Below, piece after piece: positions 1 through 9,667 of a stretch of 64,000 nt of DNA. Made by a program: the position numbers and the translations under genes. The stretch's first letter is position 1. The number at the start of each line of letters is the position of its first letter. The notes under the pieces were generated by a model that worked only from the letters and a program-made list of their open reading frames with translations, searched no databases and had not been told where the DNA came from. This stretch comes from Candidatus Nomurabacteria bacterium (GTDB taxonomy: Bacteria; Patescibacteriota; Minisyncoccia; Phycocordibacterales; UBA5272), in assembly GCA_029288775.1 (NCBI GenBank), contig JARIGQ010000004.1, positions 67,303 to 131,302 of the forward strand, in the 5' to 3' direction.

Positions 1-2
1 CA

Positions 3-578
3 AGTACCATTTTAGCAACTACTACACCCCAAGCTTCTCAATCCCAATCACCTACCTCTTCATCTATGGACCAAGTATCATCAACTATTCCTCAAGGAGT
101 TACCTCAGCAACCATCACTACTAATCTGGGGACTATTGAATTTGCTTTTGCAACTGCTACTCCAATGACTGTCGAGAATTTTAAGAAACTTGCAGCAAGT
201 GGATTTTATAACGGTGTACGCTTCCATCGCGTTATTAAGGACTTCATGATTCAAGGAGGTGATCCGCTTTCAAAGGATCCCGCTCAAAAGGCGGCGTGGG
301 GAACCGGCGGTCCAGGGTATAAGTTCAATGATGAGCTTTCAGGAAAGGAAACATATACGCTTGGTACTGTTGCTATGGCGAATGCAGGACCAAACACCAA
401 TGGAAGTCAATTTTTCATTGTAACTGCCAACCCGGGAGTAGGGCTTCCTCCAAGTTATACGGTCTTTGGACATGTGACGAAAGGAATTGAAACCGCTCTT
501 AAGATTCAGGAAGTACAGACAGATTCAAATGATCGTCCGCTTCAGGATGTGATTATTGAAAAGGTAGAACTCCACTAA
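3..578 (+). CDS. ppiB: Cyclophilin-type peptidyl-prolyl cis-trans isomerase. The frame is open from position 3 through a T/S/P/Q-rich linker, so the gene is probably 5'-partial with a secreted or anchored N-terminus upstream of the window; the first in-window ATG is at 66.
   Basis: FHRVIKDFMIQGGDP and GPNTNGSQFFI cyclophilin motifs; no stop between position 3 and the ATG at 66. Confidence 0.85.
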   Translation, partial: STILATTTPQASQSQSPTSSSMDQVSSTIPQGVTSATITTNLGTIEFAFATATPMTVENFKKLAASGFYNGVRFHRVIKDFMIQGGDPLSKDPAQKAAWGTGGPGYKFNDELSGKETYTLGTVAMANAGPNTNGSQFFIVTANPGVGLPPSYTVFGHVTKGIETALKIQEVQTDSNDRPLQDVIIEKVELH

Positions 579-610
579 GGAGACAAACTAAAACTCCGGC
601 ATTCGCCGGC
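576..610. terminator. Bidirectional intrinsic terminator between ppiB (+) and fmt (-)
   Basis: CCGGC-ATTC-GCCGG hairpin inside a near-perfect 13-bp inverted repeat, flanked by A-run and T-run. Confidence 0.6.
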
Positions 611-613
611 GTT

Positions 614-1492
614 TTAGTTTGTAAGATACCCTCGGGTAAAGTCTTCGAAGCTCATTTCATGTTTTCCTTCCGGGATAACACTTTCAATGATGTCAGAGGC
701 GACAAGCGTTGAAGATCCCATAAGAAGAAGGTTTACTTTGGTTACTTTGACACGAATGTTTTTTCCTTTATGGTCTAGGAAAAAATATACCGAAGGCCAT
801 GGAGTAAGGGCTCTAAATTTGCGCTGCACTTCGGCAGCATTGGTTGTGAGGGTGATTTCGCCCAAATCTTTGGTTATTTTTTTGCATACAGTTGCTTTGT
901 CATGTTCTTGTTCTTTTGGAATGAGTGTTCCATCCAAGTAGTGAGGAAGGATCTGTACCAAAAGCTCTCCGCCCAATTGTCCGCACCCTACTTCAAGTGT
1001 TCCAGCGGTTGCATTAGGGTCAATAATAAAAGCACTCTGCGTGAGAATGGGACCTGTATCCATACCCGCATCGAGTTTCATAATAGATACTCCAGTAGTC
1101 ATAACGCCATCTAAGAGCGCAGATTCAATAGGAGACGGACCTCGATAAAGCGGAAGGAGGGAGGGGTGGACATTGAGTACGCCTTTGTTGGGCAGGTTTA
1201 AAATTGCGTCGGGAATAATCTTTCCATAGCTTGCAACAATGAAGAGGTCAAAGTTTTCGGTATGAAGCGGAGAGTCTTCAGGAAGATCTTTCAAAGATTC
1301 GGGTTGATAGGTAGAAATATGCTTCATTTCTGCCCACGTTTTGATATGTGGTGCCGTAAGTTGCATATGGCGGCCTTGAGGTGCGTCGGGTTTGGTGACG
1401 ATAAGCGAAGGTTCATAGCCTGCGCGTACAAGGGCAGCTATAACCGATTCGGCAAGAGGTCCTGTTCCAAAAAACGCAAAGGTTGGTTTCAT
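614..1492 (-). CDS. fmt: Methionyl-tRNA formyltransferase
   Basis: N-terminal FFGTGPLAE and Fmt core; downstream of def on the same strand. Confidence 0.9.
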   Translation of the reverse strand: MKPTFAFFGTGPLAESVIAALVRAGYEPSLIVTKPDAPQGRHMQLTAPHIKTWAEMKHISTYQPESLKDLPEDSPLHTENFDLFIVASYGKIIPDAILNLPNKGVLNVHPSLLPLYRGPSPIESALLDGVMTTGVSIMKLDAGMDTGPILTQSAFIIDPNATAGTLEVGCGQLGGELLVQILPHYLDGTLIPKEQEHDKATVCKKITKDLGEITLTTNAAEVQRKFRALTPWPSVYFFLDHKGKNIRVKVTKVNLLLMGSSTLVASDIIESVIPEGKHEMSFEDFTRGYLTN

Positions 1493-1494
1493 GC

Positions 1495-2034
1495 TTAGTG
1501 TGCCGTTTGAGCGGCTGCCTTTATTTCTTCTTCGGTGTATTCTTCAAAATCAAAACCGTGATCAATGAAGAGGATACCATCCAAGTGGTCTACTTCATGT
1601 TGGAAGATATGAGCGATGAGGCCTGTGGCACCAAAGGAAAATTTGTTACCCAATTCATCATAGGCTTCAATGGTTGCCCCAACGTGGCGTTTTGTTTTTC
1701 CATATACCCACCGCACAGAAAGACAGCCCTCTTGGCGTTCTTCCATCTTCTTAGATACTTTGGTGATGATGGGGTTAATAAAGACAAGTGGCTTCCATTT
1801 TGCTTTTTCTTCATAGGCCAGAGGAGAAATAACAAACATGCGCTTGGAAATGCCAATTTGAGGAGCAGCAAGTGCAACGCCATCTGCTTCTTTTGCAAGT
1901 GCTGATTGCATAGTTTTAATGGTGTCGAAAAGTTCTTTGGATCCGAATTCCGCCTTTTTCACTACATGAGCCGTAAGTCGGAGAGGGTTCTTTTCATCTT
2001 CGTCTATTTGTACAATAGTTCCACGCGTTTTCAT
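1495..2034 (-). CDS. def: Peptide deformylase
   Basis: GLAAPQIG, EGCLS and HEVDHLDG metal-binding motifs. Confidence 0.93.
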   Translation of the reverse strand: MKTRGTIVQIDEDEKNPLRLTAHVVKKAEFGSKELFDTIKTMQSALAKEADGVALAAPQIGISKRMFVISPLAYEEKAKWKPLVFINPIITKVSKKMEERQEGCLSVRWVYGKTKRHVGATIEAYDELGNKFSFGATGLIAHIFQHEVDHLDGILFIDHGFDFEEYTEEEIKAAAQTAH

Positions 2035-2211
2035 TACGCTACTTTATCATATTTTTGTAAAGAGTGAAATTGTGTATCTAAGTCATTTTCTGTTTCAGAT
2101 ACGAGGCGTGCCGCCTTTGTATAATGAGTTGGACAAATACGTATAATGACGAAGAGAAATACCGCACAATAAAGTAGATGTAATAGAAGGGGACAAAAGG
2201 GTTATATGGAG

Positions 2212-4107
2212 TTACATGAAAAAATGAAGGGGATTCACTTGTGGATGTCCATGAAAAACGACGCGCTTAATGCGTTCGCGCAATGTTGGGTTGTTGGCCC
2301 ATTCGCTTTCCTTAATGTGAATGAAGAGAAGCGTTACACCTCGCCCTGCCTCAAACCATTCGGTGACATAGGGTTCAAGTTCCTGCTTGATACGTGTACG
2401 CATGTCTTCAGGCATGTTTTCGAAGGAAGCTCGAATTACGGTGTAGTAAGGTGGTAAATGAAATTCGTCGCGTTCACGCAAGAGGGTGTCGTAGACTTCG
2501 CGAAAACTTGGCGCAGTAAGCTGCTTGATAATGGTCATTCCTTTGAGCCGAGTTTGGAGAATAAGACGATAGTCTTCGCCTTCCCGAACCTTCTCTGCCA
2601 TTTCTGTTACTAGATTGAGCACTTTTTCATCTGTACGATACTCAGGAAGGGAAAATAATGAATCAAGGGAAAGAATAATCACATGGTCTGCTTTATTCAC
2701 CATGTTGTGGGCCATTTCTGTGCCTATGAGCACGCCATAAGGAGCCTCCAACCACTCTTTGTATGTTTTCTTTACCTTAGTCCTCGTAGGTGTGCGTTCG
2801 CCATCAATGACAAAGAGAGGTATGCCTAAGCGCTTCAATTCTTCTTCTGCTCCAGTTGTAGCTATGCCTAATGTTTGCATGCGCCACCCTCCGCAATGTC
2901 TGCAGGAGAGTGTGGTATCTTCATGAAGCTGAACGATATTTTCGCATCCATGGCACACATAGGTGCGTAGTCCGGCAATTTTATGAAGTACATAGGGTCT
3001 ATTGCATGTCGGGCAGGTAAAGAGGGTGCCACAATCGCTGCATACAGTGGTAGGGTACATACCTTTTCGCTGTGCATAGAGAAAGATATGACCTTTGCCG
3101 CTTAGCTTGGCGTTATGTAGTATGGAAAGTGTTTGCCGTGAAAGATAGGGTGAGGCACTTTTATTTTCATCAATCATCGGCACCACAGCCAATTTCATAT
3201 CATTTCTAAACTGAAGCGGCATGATTTCGTGTGCTTCACGTGTTTTGTGAAGCATGTGTGCACGAAGTGAAAGCATATGCGAGCCTAGTATGCAGGGAAT
3301 AGCACTTCCTTTTGCAAGGTGCTCGAGCACGACACGTTGGTCGTACCCATGATCTCCATGAGTAAAGTAGTAGTGGCTGTGTTCGCGTTCAATAATGACT
3401 AATCCTAAATCTTTTCGAAGCCATGGAAGAAGAGAAGGTGTGGAGAGAATAAGAAGGGCGTGGGTATTTTTCGATAATGCTTGTAAGTTTTCCTTGTACT
3501 GTTTGTCGGTAAGATTGCTGTGAAGGGTTACAACGTATTCGTCTATTCCGCGGGAGAGTTCATCTTTGGCATATTCAAGGTCGGTGATGGTGGGAAAGAA
3601 CATCACCAATGATTTCTTTTTGGAAAAAGATTCGCGTATGGTGGTTTTATAGCGCGTAAGGCGTTCTTTGTAGCTTTGTTCAAGTAATAAAAGTTCAAAC
3701 CCTTTTGTTTCTTCGGGAACGGAAATTGCTGTAAGGCCTTCAAATGCTTTTTCCGAAAGAAGATCATAAATAATCGATCCTAAAGGAATTATAAGATATG
3801 AGGAAACATATGAAAGCGCATTCCAGAGCTTTGGATGGAGAAATCCTTTGGTATGGATTTTGGAAATTTTTTTCACATTAAAGGACGCATGCCGTAGCGA
3901 CTGCTTTTCCTCTTCTGCTTTTTGGGAATCAATGACAAGTGCCCGTGCTACTCGTCGTTTAATGGTTACTTCGGCTAAATCTCCTGCATTTACATCATCT
4001 TTACCAAAATAGGTAAGTTCCTCATACGGAATACCGGAAGCAAGCGGTGCTACAGTAAGGACTTTCATCAGCCAAGTATAGCAAGATATCATACGCTTCG
4101 CTTTCAA
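2212..4107 (-). CDS. priA: Primosomal protein N' (PriA) homolog with degenerate ATPase motifs
   Basis: Aligns to PriA 3'BD, helicase core and Cys-rich zinc-binding region (CSDCG...CPTCN...CHGCEN...CRHCGG). There is no GxGKT P-loop, and DEEH is replaced by EREH. Confidence 0.8.
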   Translation of the reverse strand: MKAKRMISCYTWLMKVLTVAPLASGIPYEELTYFGKDDVNAGDLAEVTIKRRVARALVIDSQKAEEEKQSLRHASFNVKKISKIHTKGFLHPKLWNALSYVSSYLIIPLGSIIYDLLSEKAFEGLTAISVPEETKGFELLLLEQSYKERLTRYKTTIRESFSKKKSLVMFFPTITDLEYAKDELSRGIDEYVVTLHSNLTDKQYKENLQALSKNTHALLILSTPSLLPWLRKDLGLVIIEREHSHYYFTHGDHGYDQRVVLEHLAKGSAIPCILGSHMLSLRAHMLHKTREAHEIMPLQFRNDMKLAVVPMIDENKSASPYLSRQTLSILHNAKLSGKGHIFLYAQRKGMYPTTVCSDCGTLFTCPTCNRPYVLHKIAGLRTYVCHGCENIVQLHEDTTLSCRHCGGWRMQTLGIATTGAEEELKRLGIPLFVIDGERTPTRTKVKKTYKEWLEAPYGVLIGTEMAHNMVNKADHVIILSLDSLFSLPEYRTDEKVLNLVTEMAEKVREGEDYRLILQTRLKGMTIIKQLTAPSFREVYDTLLRERDEFHLPPYYTVIRASFENMPEDMRTRIKQELEPYVTEWFEAGRGVTLLFIHIKESEWANNPTLRERIKRVVFHGHPQVNPLHFFM

Positions 4108-4169
4108 AGAAGAGACTTAAAAAAGCTTGAAATATAAGGATAATTTAGATTCAAATACCGCTTATTGTG

Positions 4170-4178
4170 TGCTACACT
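4170..4178 (+). promoter_or_regulatory. Extended -10 (TGcTACACT) 9 nt upstream of the mreB paralog 1 ATG; predicted leaderless
   Basis: TGnTAnnnT pattern; no SD before the ATG at 4188. Confidence 0.4.
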
Positions 4179-4187
4179 TGTAGGTAC

Positions 4188-5201
4188 ATGGGATTTTTCT
4201 CCAAAAAGCTTGGTATTGATTTAGGTACCGCAAACACACTCGTGTATGTTCCACAAAAAGGGGTGGTACTTGTTGAGCCTTCTGTAGTTGCGGTGTCGGA
4301 AATCGATAATCGCATTATGGCGGTGGGTAATGAAGCTAAGGATATGATTGGTAAGACACCGGACTCGATAGTTGCGTACCGTCCCATGCGTGATGGAGTG
4401 ATTGCAGACTATCGTGTTACTGAGGCCATGCTTCGTTATTACATCAATAAGGCGCTTAAGGGTTTCAATCTTTTTAAACCAGATGTGATGGTTTCTGTGC
4501 CGGCCGGTGTGACATCAACTGAGCGCCGTGCCGTTATCGAAGCCGCACTTAAAGCGGGAGCTCGTAACGCGTATGTAGTGAAGGAGCCTATTCTTGCGGC
4601 AATTGGTGCCGGTATTCCTATTCATGAAGCGCAAGGGCGCATGATTGTAGATATTGGAGGAGGGACGACAGACGTCGCGGTGATTTCGCTTGGAGGTATT
4701 GTGTGCAGTACATCCGTAAAGTGTGCTGGTAATAAAGTCGATCAGGCGATCATTGATTACATTAAGAAAACGTATAATTTGGCAATTGGCGATCAAACAG
4801 CAGAAGAGATCAAAATCAAAATTGGGTCTGCACTTCCACTAGAAGAAGAGCTTTCCATGAAAGTGAAGGGTCGGGATTTTATTGCAGGCCTTCCGCGTAC
4901 CGTAGAGATTCGAACTAACGAAATAGTTAAGGCAATTGATAAGGAGTTGCGCATCATGATCAAGGCGATTAAGGATGTGCTTCAGGAAACACCGCCAGAA
5001 TTGGCGTCAGACATTATCGATAACGGCATCATCATGTCTGGAGGAACCTCCATGCTTCGTCATTTCCCGGATTTGGTGGAACGTCGCACTGGGGTAAAGG
5101 CGGTACTTGCCGAAGATGCATTCTATTGCGTAGCAAAGGGAACAGGGACGGCGCTTGAACATCTTGATACCTACAAGCGTTCCATATTTGCGAAGCGATA
5201 A
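4188..5201 (+). CDS. mreB: Rod-shape determining actin homolog MreB (paralog 1)
   Basis: GIDLGTANTLVYV phosphate-1 motif and DIGGGTTD; start chosen at MGFFSKK. Confidence 0.9.
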   Translation: MGFFSKKLGIDLGTANTLVYVPQKGVVLVEPSVVAVSEIDNRIMAVGNEAKDMIGKTPDSIVAYRPMRDGVIADYRVTEAMLRYYINKALKGFNLFKPDVMVSVPAGVTSTERRAVIEAALKAGARNAYVVKEPILAAIGAGIPIHEAQGRMIVDIGGGTTDVAVISLGGIVCSTSVKCAGNKVDQAIIDYIKKTYNLAIGDQTAEEIKIKIGSALPLEEELSMKVKGRDFIAGLPRTVEIRTNEIVKAIDKELRIMIKAIKDVLQETPPELASDIIDNGIIMSGGTSMLRHFPDLVERRTGVKAVLAEDAFYCVAKGTGTALEHLDTYKRSIFAKR

Positions 5202-5202
5202 A

Positions 5203-5229
5203 GAAAAAGCCGGCACATGCCGGCTTTTC
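5203..5229. terminator. Bidirectional intrinsic terminator
   Basis: GCCGGCACATGCCGGC hairpin followed by TTTTC and preceded by an A-run. Confidence 0.65.
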
Positions 5230-5572
5230 AGTCTTCCTGTAAGTCGTTTGTTTCAGTGAAGTCTCTGAGAAGGTCTTTTATTTTTTCAGGAAGCTCATTA
5301 TAAGAAGTAGTACGAGCCAGAGTTTGAAGTCGTATTCCAAGTTCGTCTAAGTTATCAGCCAGTTCCTCAAGGCGCCCACTTATACCCTCTTTTACAAGGC
5401 ACGGAACTTCCTTTTGAATGAATGCATCCATGTGCGCCGCAAGAGCACTTTCCATATGCGATTTAAAAGCTTCTGCTAAGCGCCGTATGCGCGGATCCGG
5501 ATCAAGGTGCGCATAATTTAGGAATTCTTCATCGTTGAGAAAGGTTCCAAATCGTTCGAGAAATGAGTCCAT
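5228..5572 (-). CDS. Hypothetical helical protein
   Basis: ORF with SD-like GGAGGG 5 nt upstream of the ATG on the - strand. Confidence 0.5.
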   Translation of the reverse strand: MDSFLERFGTFLNDEEFLNYAHLDPDPRIRRLAEAFKSHMESALAAHMDAFIQKEVPCLVKEGISGRLEELADNLDELGIRLQTLARTTSYNELPEKIKDLLRDFTETNDLQED

Positions 5573-5641
5573 GAACCCTCCATAAGAACATAACTTCGTA
5601 ATACTAGCATAATTACCTAATCTTCTTCCTGGGCCCTTGTT

Positions 5642-5650
5642 TGATATACT
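5642..5650 (+). promoter_or_regulatory. Extended -10 TGaTATACT, 6 nt before the ATG at 5657
   Basis: TGnTATACT match. Confidence 0.45.
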
Positions 5651-5656
5651 TTTTAT

Positions 5657-6304
5657 ATGAAATTCTCTGAGTTACCTAACCATCACGCTCTTCTTCTTAC
5701 TCATGACGAGCGTGTAGGGTATACAGGTAAGCTTTGGAAAGAGCTCTCTTCTCTTTCTCCAGCGCATCGTTTCTTTAATCAAACCGTGCTTGATATTGAG
5801 ACGGCTCGGTCTATCATCGCTTGGGCGCAGACACCGTATCATGAAGAACGCGTGGGACTTATTTCGTTTGCATCTGCTGGTATTCCTGCTCAGAATGCCA
5901 TGTTAAAGATTTTGGAAGAACCACGTACTAATACACGATTTATTCTTGTTGTTCCCAGTCGTTCCGCGCTTATTGATACAGTGCTTTCACGTCTTCAGCA
6001 TATTCCACTGACGAGCCAAGGGGTACTTGATGAGGCGTATGCTTTTCTTACCAGTCCTTCTGTGTCACGTATGAAGCTCATCTTTATCGCTGAACTTCTG
6101 GCACAGACAGACGAAGAAGGAAGAAAAGATAGGGAAGCTATTAAAGGATATATCCTTTCGCTCGCCGATGCTCTCAAAGATAAGCGCTCGCCGAGGCGTT
6201 TTGTGGAAGAAACGCTTCGCATAGCGTCCTATGCCTCTGATCCTTCGGCGTCAGGAAAAGCGCTTCTGGAATATCTTAGCCTTCTGCTCCCAACGATTAA
6301 ATGA
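5657..6304 (+). CDS. holB: DNA polymerase III delta'-like clamp-loader subunit, short
   Basis: LKILEEP box and SRL-type sensor region; N-terminal P-loop degenerate. Confidence 0.6.
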   Translation: MKFSELPNHHALLLTHDERVGYTGKLWKELSSLSPAHRFFNQTVLDIETARSIIAWAQTPYHEERVGLISFASAGIPAQNAMLKILEEPRTNTRFILVVPSRSALIDTVLSRLQHIPLTSQGVLDEAYAFLTSPSVSRMKLIFIAELLAQTDEEGRKDREAIKGYILSLADALKDKRSPRRFVEETLRIASYASDPSASGKALLEYLSLLLPTIK

Positions 6305-6323
6305 TAGAATTGGGCGCATCACT

Positions 6324-6878
6324 ATGGCATATAACTTTGCAGACGTTAAACAAAAGAAAAGCGACATCTTAGAGTGGCTCGCCAACGAATACCGCTCTAT
6401 TCAGACAGGGCGTGCGACACCGCAGGTGCTAGACCTTGTGCATATCGATCTCTATGGTGCGCGTACTCCTATTGCCCACACCGGGTCTATCAATATAGAG
6501 GATCCGCGAACATTGCGCGTAGCTCCCTGGGATAAATCAGTTATTGGTCAGATGGAAAAAGCTATCAATGAAGCAGATCTCGGACTTTCAGTTTCATCGG
6601 ACGATCAGGGGCTTCGTGTGCATTTTCCGGCACTTACTACAGAAACTCGCCAAAAGCTTGTAAAAATTTTGAAGGAACGATTGGAGGATGCCCGAGTACG
6701 CGTGCGTGCACTTCGTGAAGAAACCAACAAAGACATCGACGCACAAGCAAAAGAGGGCAATTATGGAGAAGATGATCGTGTACGTTTTCGTGATGAAATG
6801 CAAAGCATTGTAGATGCTGCTAACGGTGAATTAGAGGCACTATTTGATAAAAAAGAAAAGGAAGTGATGGGAGAATAA
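6324..6878 (+). CDS. frr: Ribosome recycling factor
   Basis: Full-length RRF similarity; start moved to MAYNF (ATG at 6324), preceded by TGaTAGAAT at 6302-6310. Confidence 0.92.
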   Translation: MAYNFADVKQKKSDILEWLANEYRSIQTGRATPQVLDLVHIDLYGARTPIAHTGSINIEDPRTLRVAPWDKSVIGQMEKAINEADLGLSVSSDDQGLRVHFPALTTETRQKLVKILKERLEDARVRVRALREETNKDIDAQAKEGNYGEDDRVRFRDEMQSIVDAANGELEALFDKKEKEVMGE

Positions 6879-6889
6879 GTACAGAAAAG

Positions 6890-6920
6890 AAAAAACGCGC
6901 ATGATTTGCGCGTTTTCCGT
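6890..6920. terminator. Bidirectional intrinsic terminator (frr and the - strand lipoprotein gene)
   Basis: ACGCGCA-TGATT-TGCGCGT hairpin with flanking A-run and T-run. Confidence 0.65.
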
Positions 6921-6931
6921 TTGCAGCTTCT

Positions 6932-7150
6932 TCACCTGACCAAGGGCAGTTGTTTTGACTTCGTAGCTTCATAGGTTTCCATGTGTTTTCGATTTTCCTC
7001 TTCCATGGCTGGCTCGGTGAAGCTTGGCATGCGAGGGCCCAGCACCTCTTCCACTACTGGCATATCTGAGGGGGGCGGGGATACGATATGTGTAGCACAG
7101 CTTACCAGCAGTGTGCTGAGCGAAAGAACCATCAAGTTTCCAAACTTCAT
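6932..7150 (-). CDS. Small lipoprotein (about 72 aa)
   Basis: MKFGNLMVLSLSTLLVSC with LVSC lipobox; AGGAGA SD 6 nt upstream of the ATG at 7150. Listed in the ORF track as 6932..7177. Confidence 0.55.
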   Translation of the reverse strand: MKFGNLMVLSLSTLLVSCATHIVSPPPSDMPVVEEVLGPRMPSFTEPAMEEENRKHMETYEATKSKQLPLVR

Positions 7151-7222
7151 TCCGATCTCCTCTTGTTGGAAATTCAATTACACACCAATTTTACACCATT
7201 GTCAAATGGTGCTGTTCACACA

Positions 7223-7231
7223 TGGTATACT
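7223..7231 (+). promoter_or_regulatory. Extended -10 TGgTATACT, 7 nt before the rseP ATG
   Basis: TGnTATACT. Confidence 0.4.
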
Positions 7232-7238
7232 AAGTTAC

Positions 7239-8336
7239 ATGTCAGTATCTTCGATTCTGTTATTTTTAGTTATATTGCTCGTGCTGGTTATTGTGCATGA
7301 GTTTGGGCATTTTATAACTGCTAAGCTTGTGAATATGCGTGTCGATGAATTTGCATTTGGATTCCCTCCGCGTATTTTTGCCAAGCAAAAAGGGGAAACT
7401 ACGTACGCAATTAACGCACTTCCGCTTGGAGGATATGTATCTATCTGGGGAGAAAATGGCGAGCCAGATGATGCCGCGAAAACACATCCGCGTGCCTTTT
7501 CCAATCGGCCGAAATGGGCACAACTCCTTGTACTTGTCGCTGGTGTCACAATGAACATGCTGCTTGCTTTTTTAATTTTCGTGGGCACGTCGTTTGGCTC
7601 TGTACAAATGAGCTCAGATGATCCAACGTACGGCTCGCGTATTCAGCATGCAGCACTTACCGTGGTCGACGCAACTCCTGATTCTCCTGCATATAAGGCA
7701 GGTATTGTACCAGGATCAGTGCTTATTAAGATTGTAAGTGGAGGACAAACTGCTACCCTTGAGAGCGCAACCTCCGTAGTGTCGTTTATTGAGCGTCATC
7801 AGAATGATCCATTCTCCATTTCTTATATTTCTCCCGATGGTCAACAGGCAAGTACGGTGATCGCTGCGGTATATGGAATTGTTCCGGACAAAAAGGCACT
7901 TGGGGTATCGTTGTCTATGGTCGGCATAGTGCACACCACACCTTGGGAAGCGGTTAAGCTTGGTTATCAGACTACTTTTAATATGACGTACACTACTGTG
8001 CAAGGGTTAGCGTCACTTGTGACTTCAATTGGGCAAGGTAAGAATGTGCTTTCTTCGCTTGCCGGACCGATTGGTATTGCGCGGGTGGTAGGTGAGACAA
8101 GTCACTATGGTTGGACTGCACTTCTGTCGCTTGTTGCTATTCTTTCTATCAATTTGGCTGTATTTAATATTTTGCCTTTGCCGGCACTTGATGGAGGGCG
8201 AGTTGTTGTGGTGCTTTTGGAAACAGTCACTCGAAAAAGAATTCCTTACAAATATTACTCATGGCTTAATATTGTGGGTTTTGCTGCTCTGATGTGTCTG
8301 CTCATTGTGGTGAGTATTCATGATGTCTCAATGTAG
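7239..8336 (+). CDS. rseP: Site-2 zinc metalloprotease RseP/RIP family with PDZ domain
   Basis: HEFGHF HExxH, LDGG, PDZ-like segment, multiple TM; start chosen at MSVSSILLF. Confidence 0.85.
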   Translation: MSVSSILLFLVILLVLVIVHEFGHFITAKLVNMRVDEFAFGFPPRIFAKQKGETTYAINALPLGGYVSIWGENGEPDDAAKTHPRAFSNRPKWAQLLVLVAGVTMNMLLAFLIFVGTSFGSVQMSSDDPTYGSRIQHAALTVVDATPDSPAYKAGIVPGSVLIKIVSGGQTATLESATSVVSFIERHQNDPFSISYISPDGQQASTVIAAVYGIVPDKKALGVSLSMVGIVHTTPWEAVKLGYQTTFNMTYTTVQGLASLVTSIGQGKNVLSSLAGPIGIARVVGETSHYGWTALLSLVAILSINLAVFNILPLPALDGGRVVVVLLETVTRKRIPYKYYSWLNIVGFAALMCLLIVVSIHDVSM

Positions 8337-8338
8337 TT

Positions 8339-8347
8339 TGGTATACT
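8339..8347 (+). promoter_or_regulatory. Extended -10 TGgTATACT, 10 nt before the proS ATG
   Basis: TGnTATACT. Confidence 0.45.
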
Positions 8348-8357
8348 AAATGTTCTT

Positions 8358-9623
8358 ATGCGACAATCCCAGCTTTATACCAAAACTCGAAAAGAAGCTC
8401 CGGCTGATGAAATTGCTAAAAATGCGCAGTTGCTCATTCGTGCAGGTTTTATCAATAAAGAAATGGCGGGAGCCTATGCTTATCTACCGCTTGGATTGCG
8501 CGTGCTCAATAAAATCATGGATGTTATTCGTGATGAAATGAATACCATCGGGGGACAGGAAATTACGCTTCCCGCGCTTCAAGAACCAGAAGTCTGGGAA
8601 AAGACGAATCGTTGGAGTGAAGAGGTTGTCGATGTGTGGTTCAAAACGGAACTCAAGTCTGGCGCTAAAGTCGGTTTAGGATTTACCCATGAAGAGCCGT
8701 TTACGCGCATGATGAAGCAGTTCATTAGAAGTTATAAAGATCTGCCGGTATACGCCTACCAATTTCAGACAAAGTTTCGCAATGAAACTCGAGCAAAGTC
8801 AGGGATTATGCGTACGCGTGAATTTATTATGAAAGACCTTTATTCTTTCTGTCGTACCAAGGAAGATCAGGAGAAGTATTATGAAGTAGTAAAGGAAGCA
8901 TACGTAAAAATTTTCAATCGTTTAGGTATTGGTGAAAAGACGTATGTAACATTCGCTTCAGGGGGCGTTTTCTCAAAGTATTCGCATGAATTCCAAACTA
9001 TTTGTGATGCAGGTGAGGATGAAATTTATATTCATGATGGTAAGCGTATTGCGATTAATAAAGAAGTGATGCTACCTGAAGTGCTTGCTGATTTGGGTGT
9101 AAAGCAAGAAGATCTTCGCGTGGAAAAAGCATCCGAAGTTGGAAATATTTTCAACCTTGGAACAAGATTTTCGGAAGCTCTTGAACTTTCCTATCAAGAT
9201 GAAGAGGGGATAAGTCAGCCTGTCTGGATGGGATCCTACGGTATCGGACCTGCACGTGTTATGGGGGTGATCGTCGAATTGTTATCGGATGCAAAAGGGC
9301 TTGTGTGGCCGGCTGAAGTAGCGCCATTTTCTGTACATTTGATTTCTCTTTCTAAAGACAAGGATTCGCAAGCAGCAAAGACAGCAGAGGAGTTGTATAC
9401 AAAACTAACAGACGCGCATGTGGAAGTGCTTTTTGATGACCGTGAGGAATCTGCCGGAGCTAAGTTTGCCGATAGTGATTTAATTGGTATTCCTATGCGA
9501 GTCGTGGTGTCTGACAAGTCATTGCAGGCAGGAGGTGTAGAAATCAAGGAACGTACAAGTGATACTTCGGAAATTGTAACGGTAGAACAGTTGCTGAAGT
9601 CGTTTGCTCAGAATTGCGATTAA
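8358..9623 (+). CDS. proS: Prolyl-tRNA synthetase, short form without a large editing insertion
   Basis: Class II ProRS motifs and anticodon-binding domain; 421 aa. Confidence 0.9.
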   Translation: MRQSQLYTKTRKEAPADEIAKNAQLLIRAGFINKEMAGAYAYLPLGLRVLNKIMDVIRDEMNTIGGQEITLPALQEPEVWEKTNRWSEEVVDVWFKTELKSGAKVGLGFTHEEPFTRMMKQFIRSYKDLPVYAYQFQTKFRNETRAKSGIMRTREFIMKDLYSFCRTKEDQEKYYEVVKEAYVKIFNRLGIGEKTYVTFASGGVFSKYSHEFQTICDAGEDEIYIHDGKRIAINKEVMLPEVLADLGVKQEDLRVEKASEVGNIFNLGTRFSEALELSYQDEEGISQPVWMGSYGIGPARVMGVIVELLSDAKGLVWPAEVAPFSVHLISLSKDKDSQAAKTAEELYTKLTDAHVEVLFDDREESAGAKFADSDLIGIPMRVVVSDKSLQAGGVEIKERTSDTSEIVTVEQLLKSFAQNCD

Positions 9624-9629
9624 ATAAAA

Positions 9630-9662
9630 ACAAAAAGCCCGCAATCCTGCGGGCTTTGTGCT
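9630..9662. terminator. Bidirectional intrinsic terminator
   Basis: AGCCCGCAATCCTGCGGGCT hairpin followed by TTGTG and preceded by an A-run. Confidence 0.65.
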
Positions 9663-9667
9663 TCCTC

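Noticed and set aside
6981-7238. Long N-terminal extension of rseP from the track start at 6981
   Set aside because: The extension overlaps the - strand lipoprotein gene and is Ser/Gly-rich nonsense. An extended -10 and a conserved RseP N-terminus place the start at 7239.
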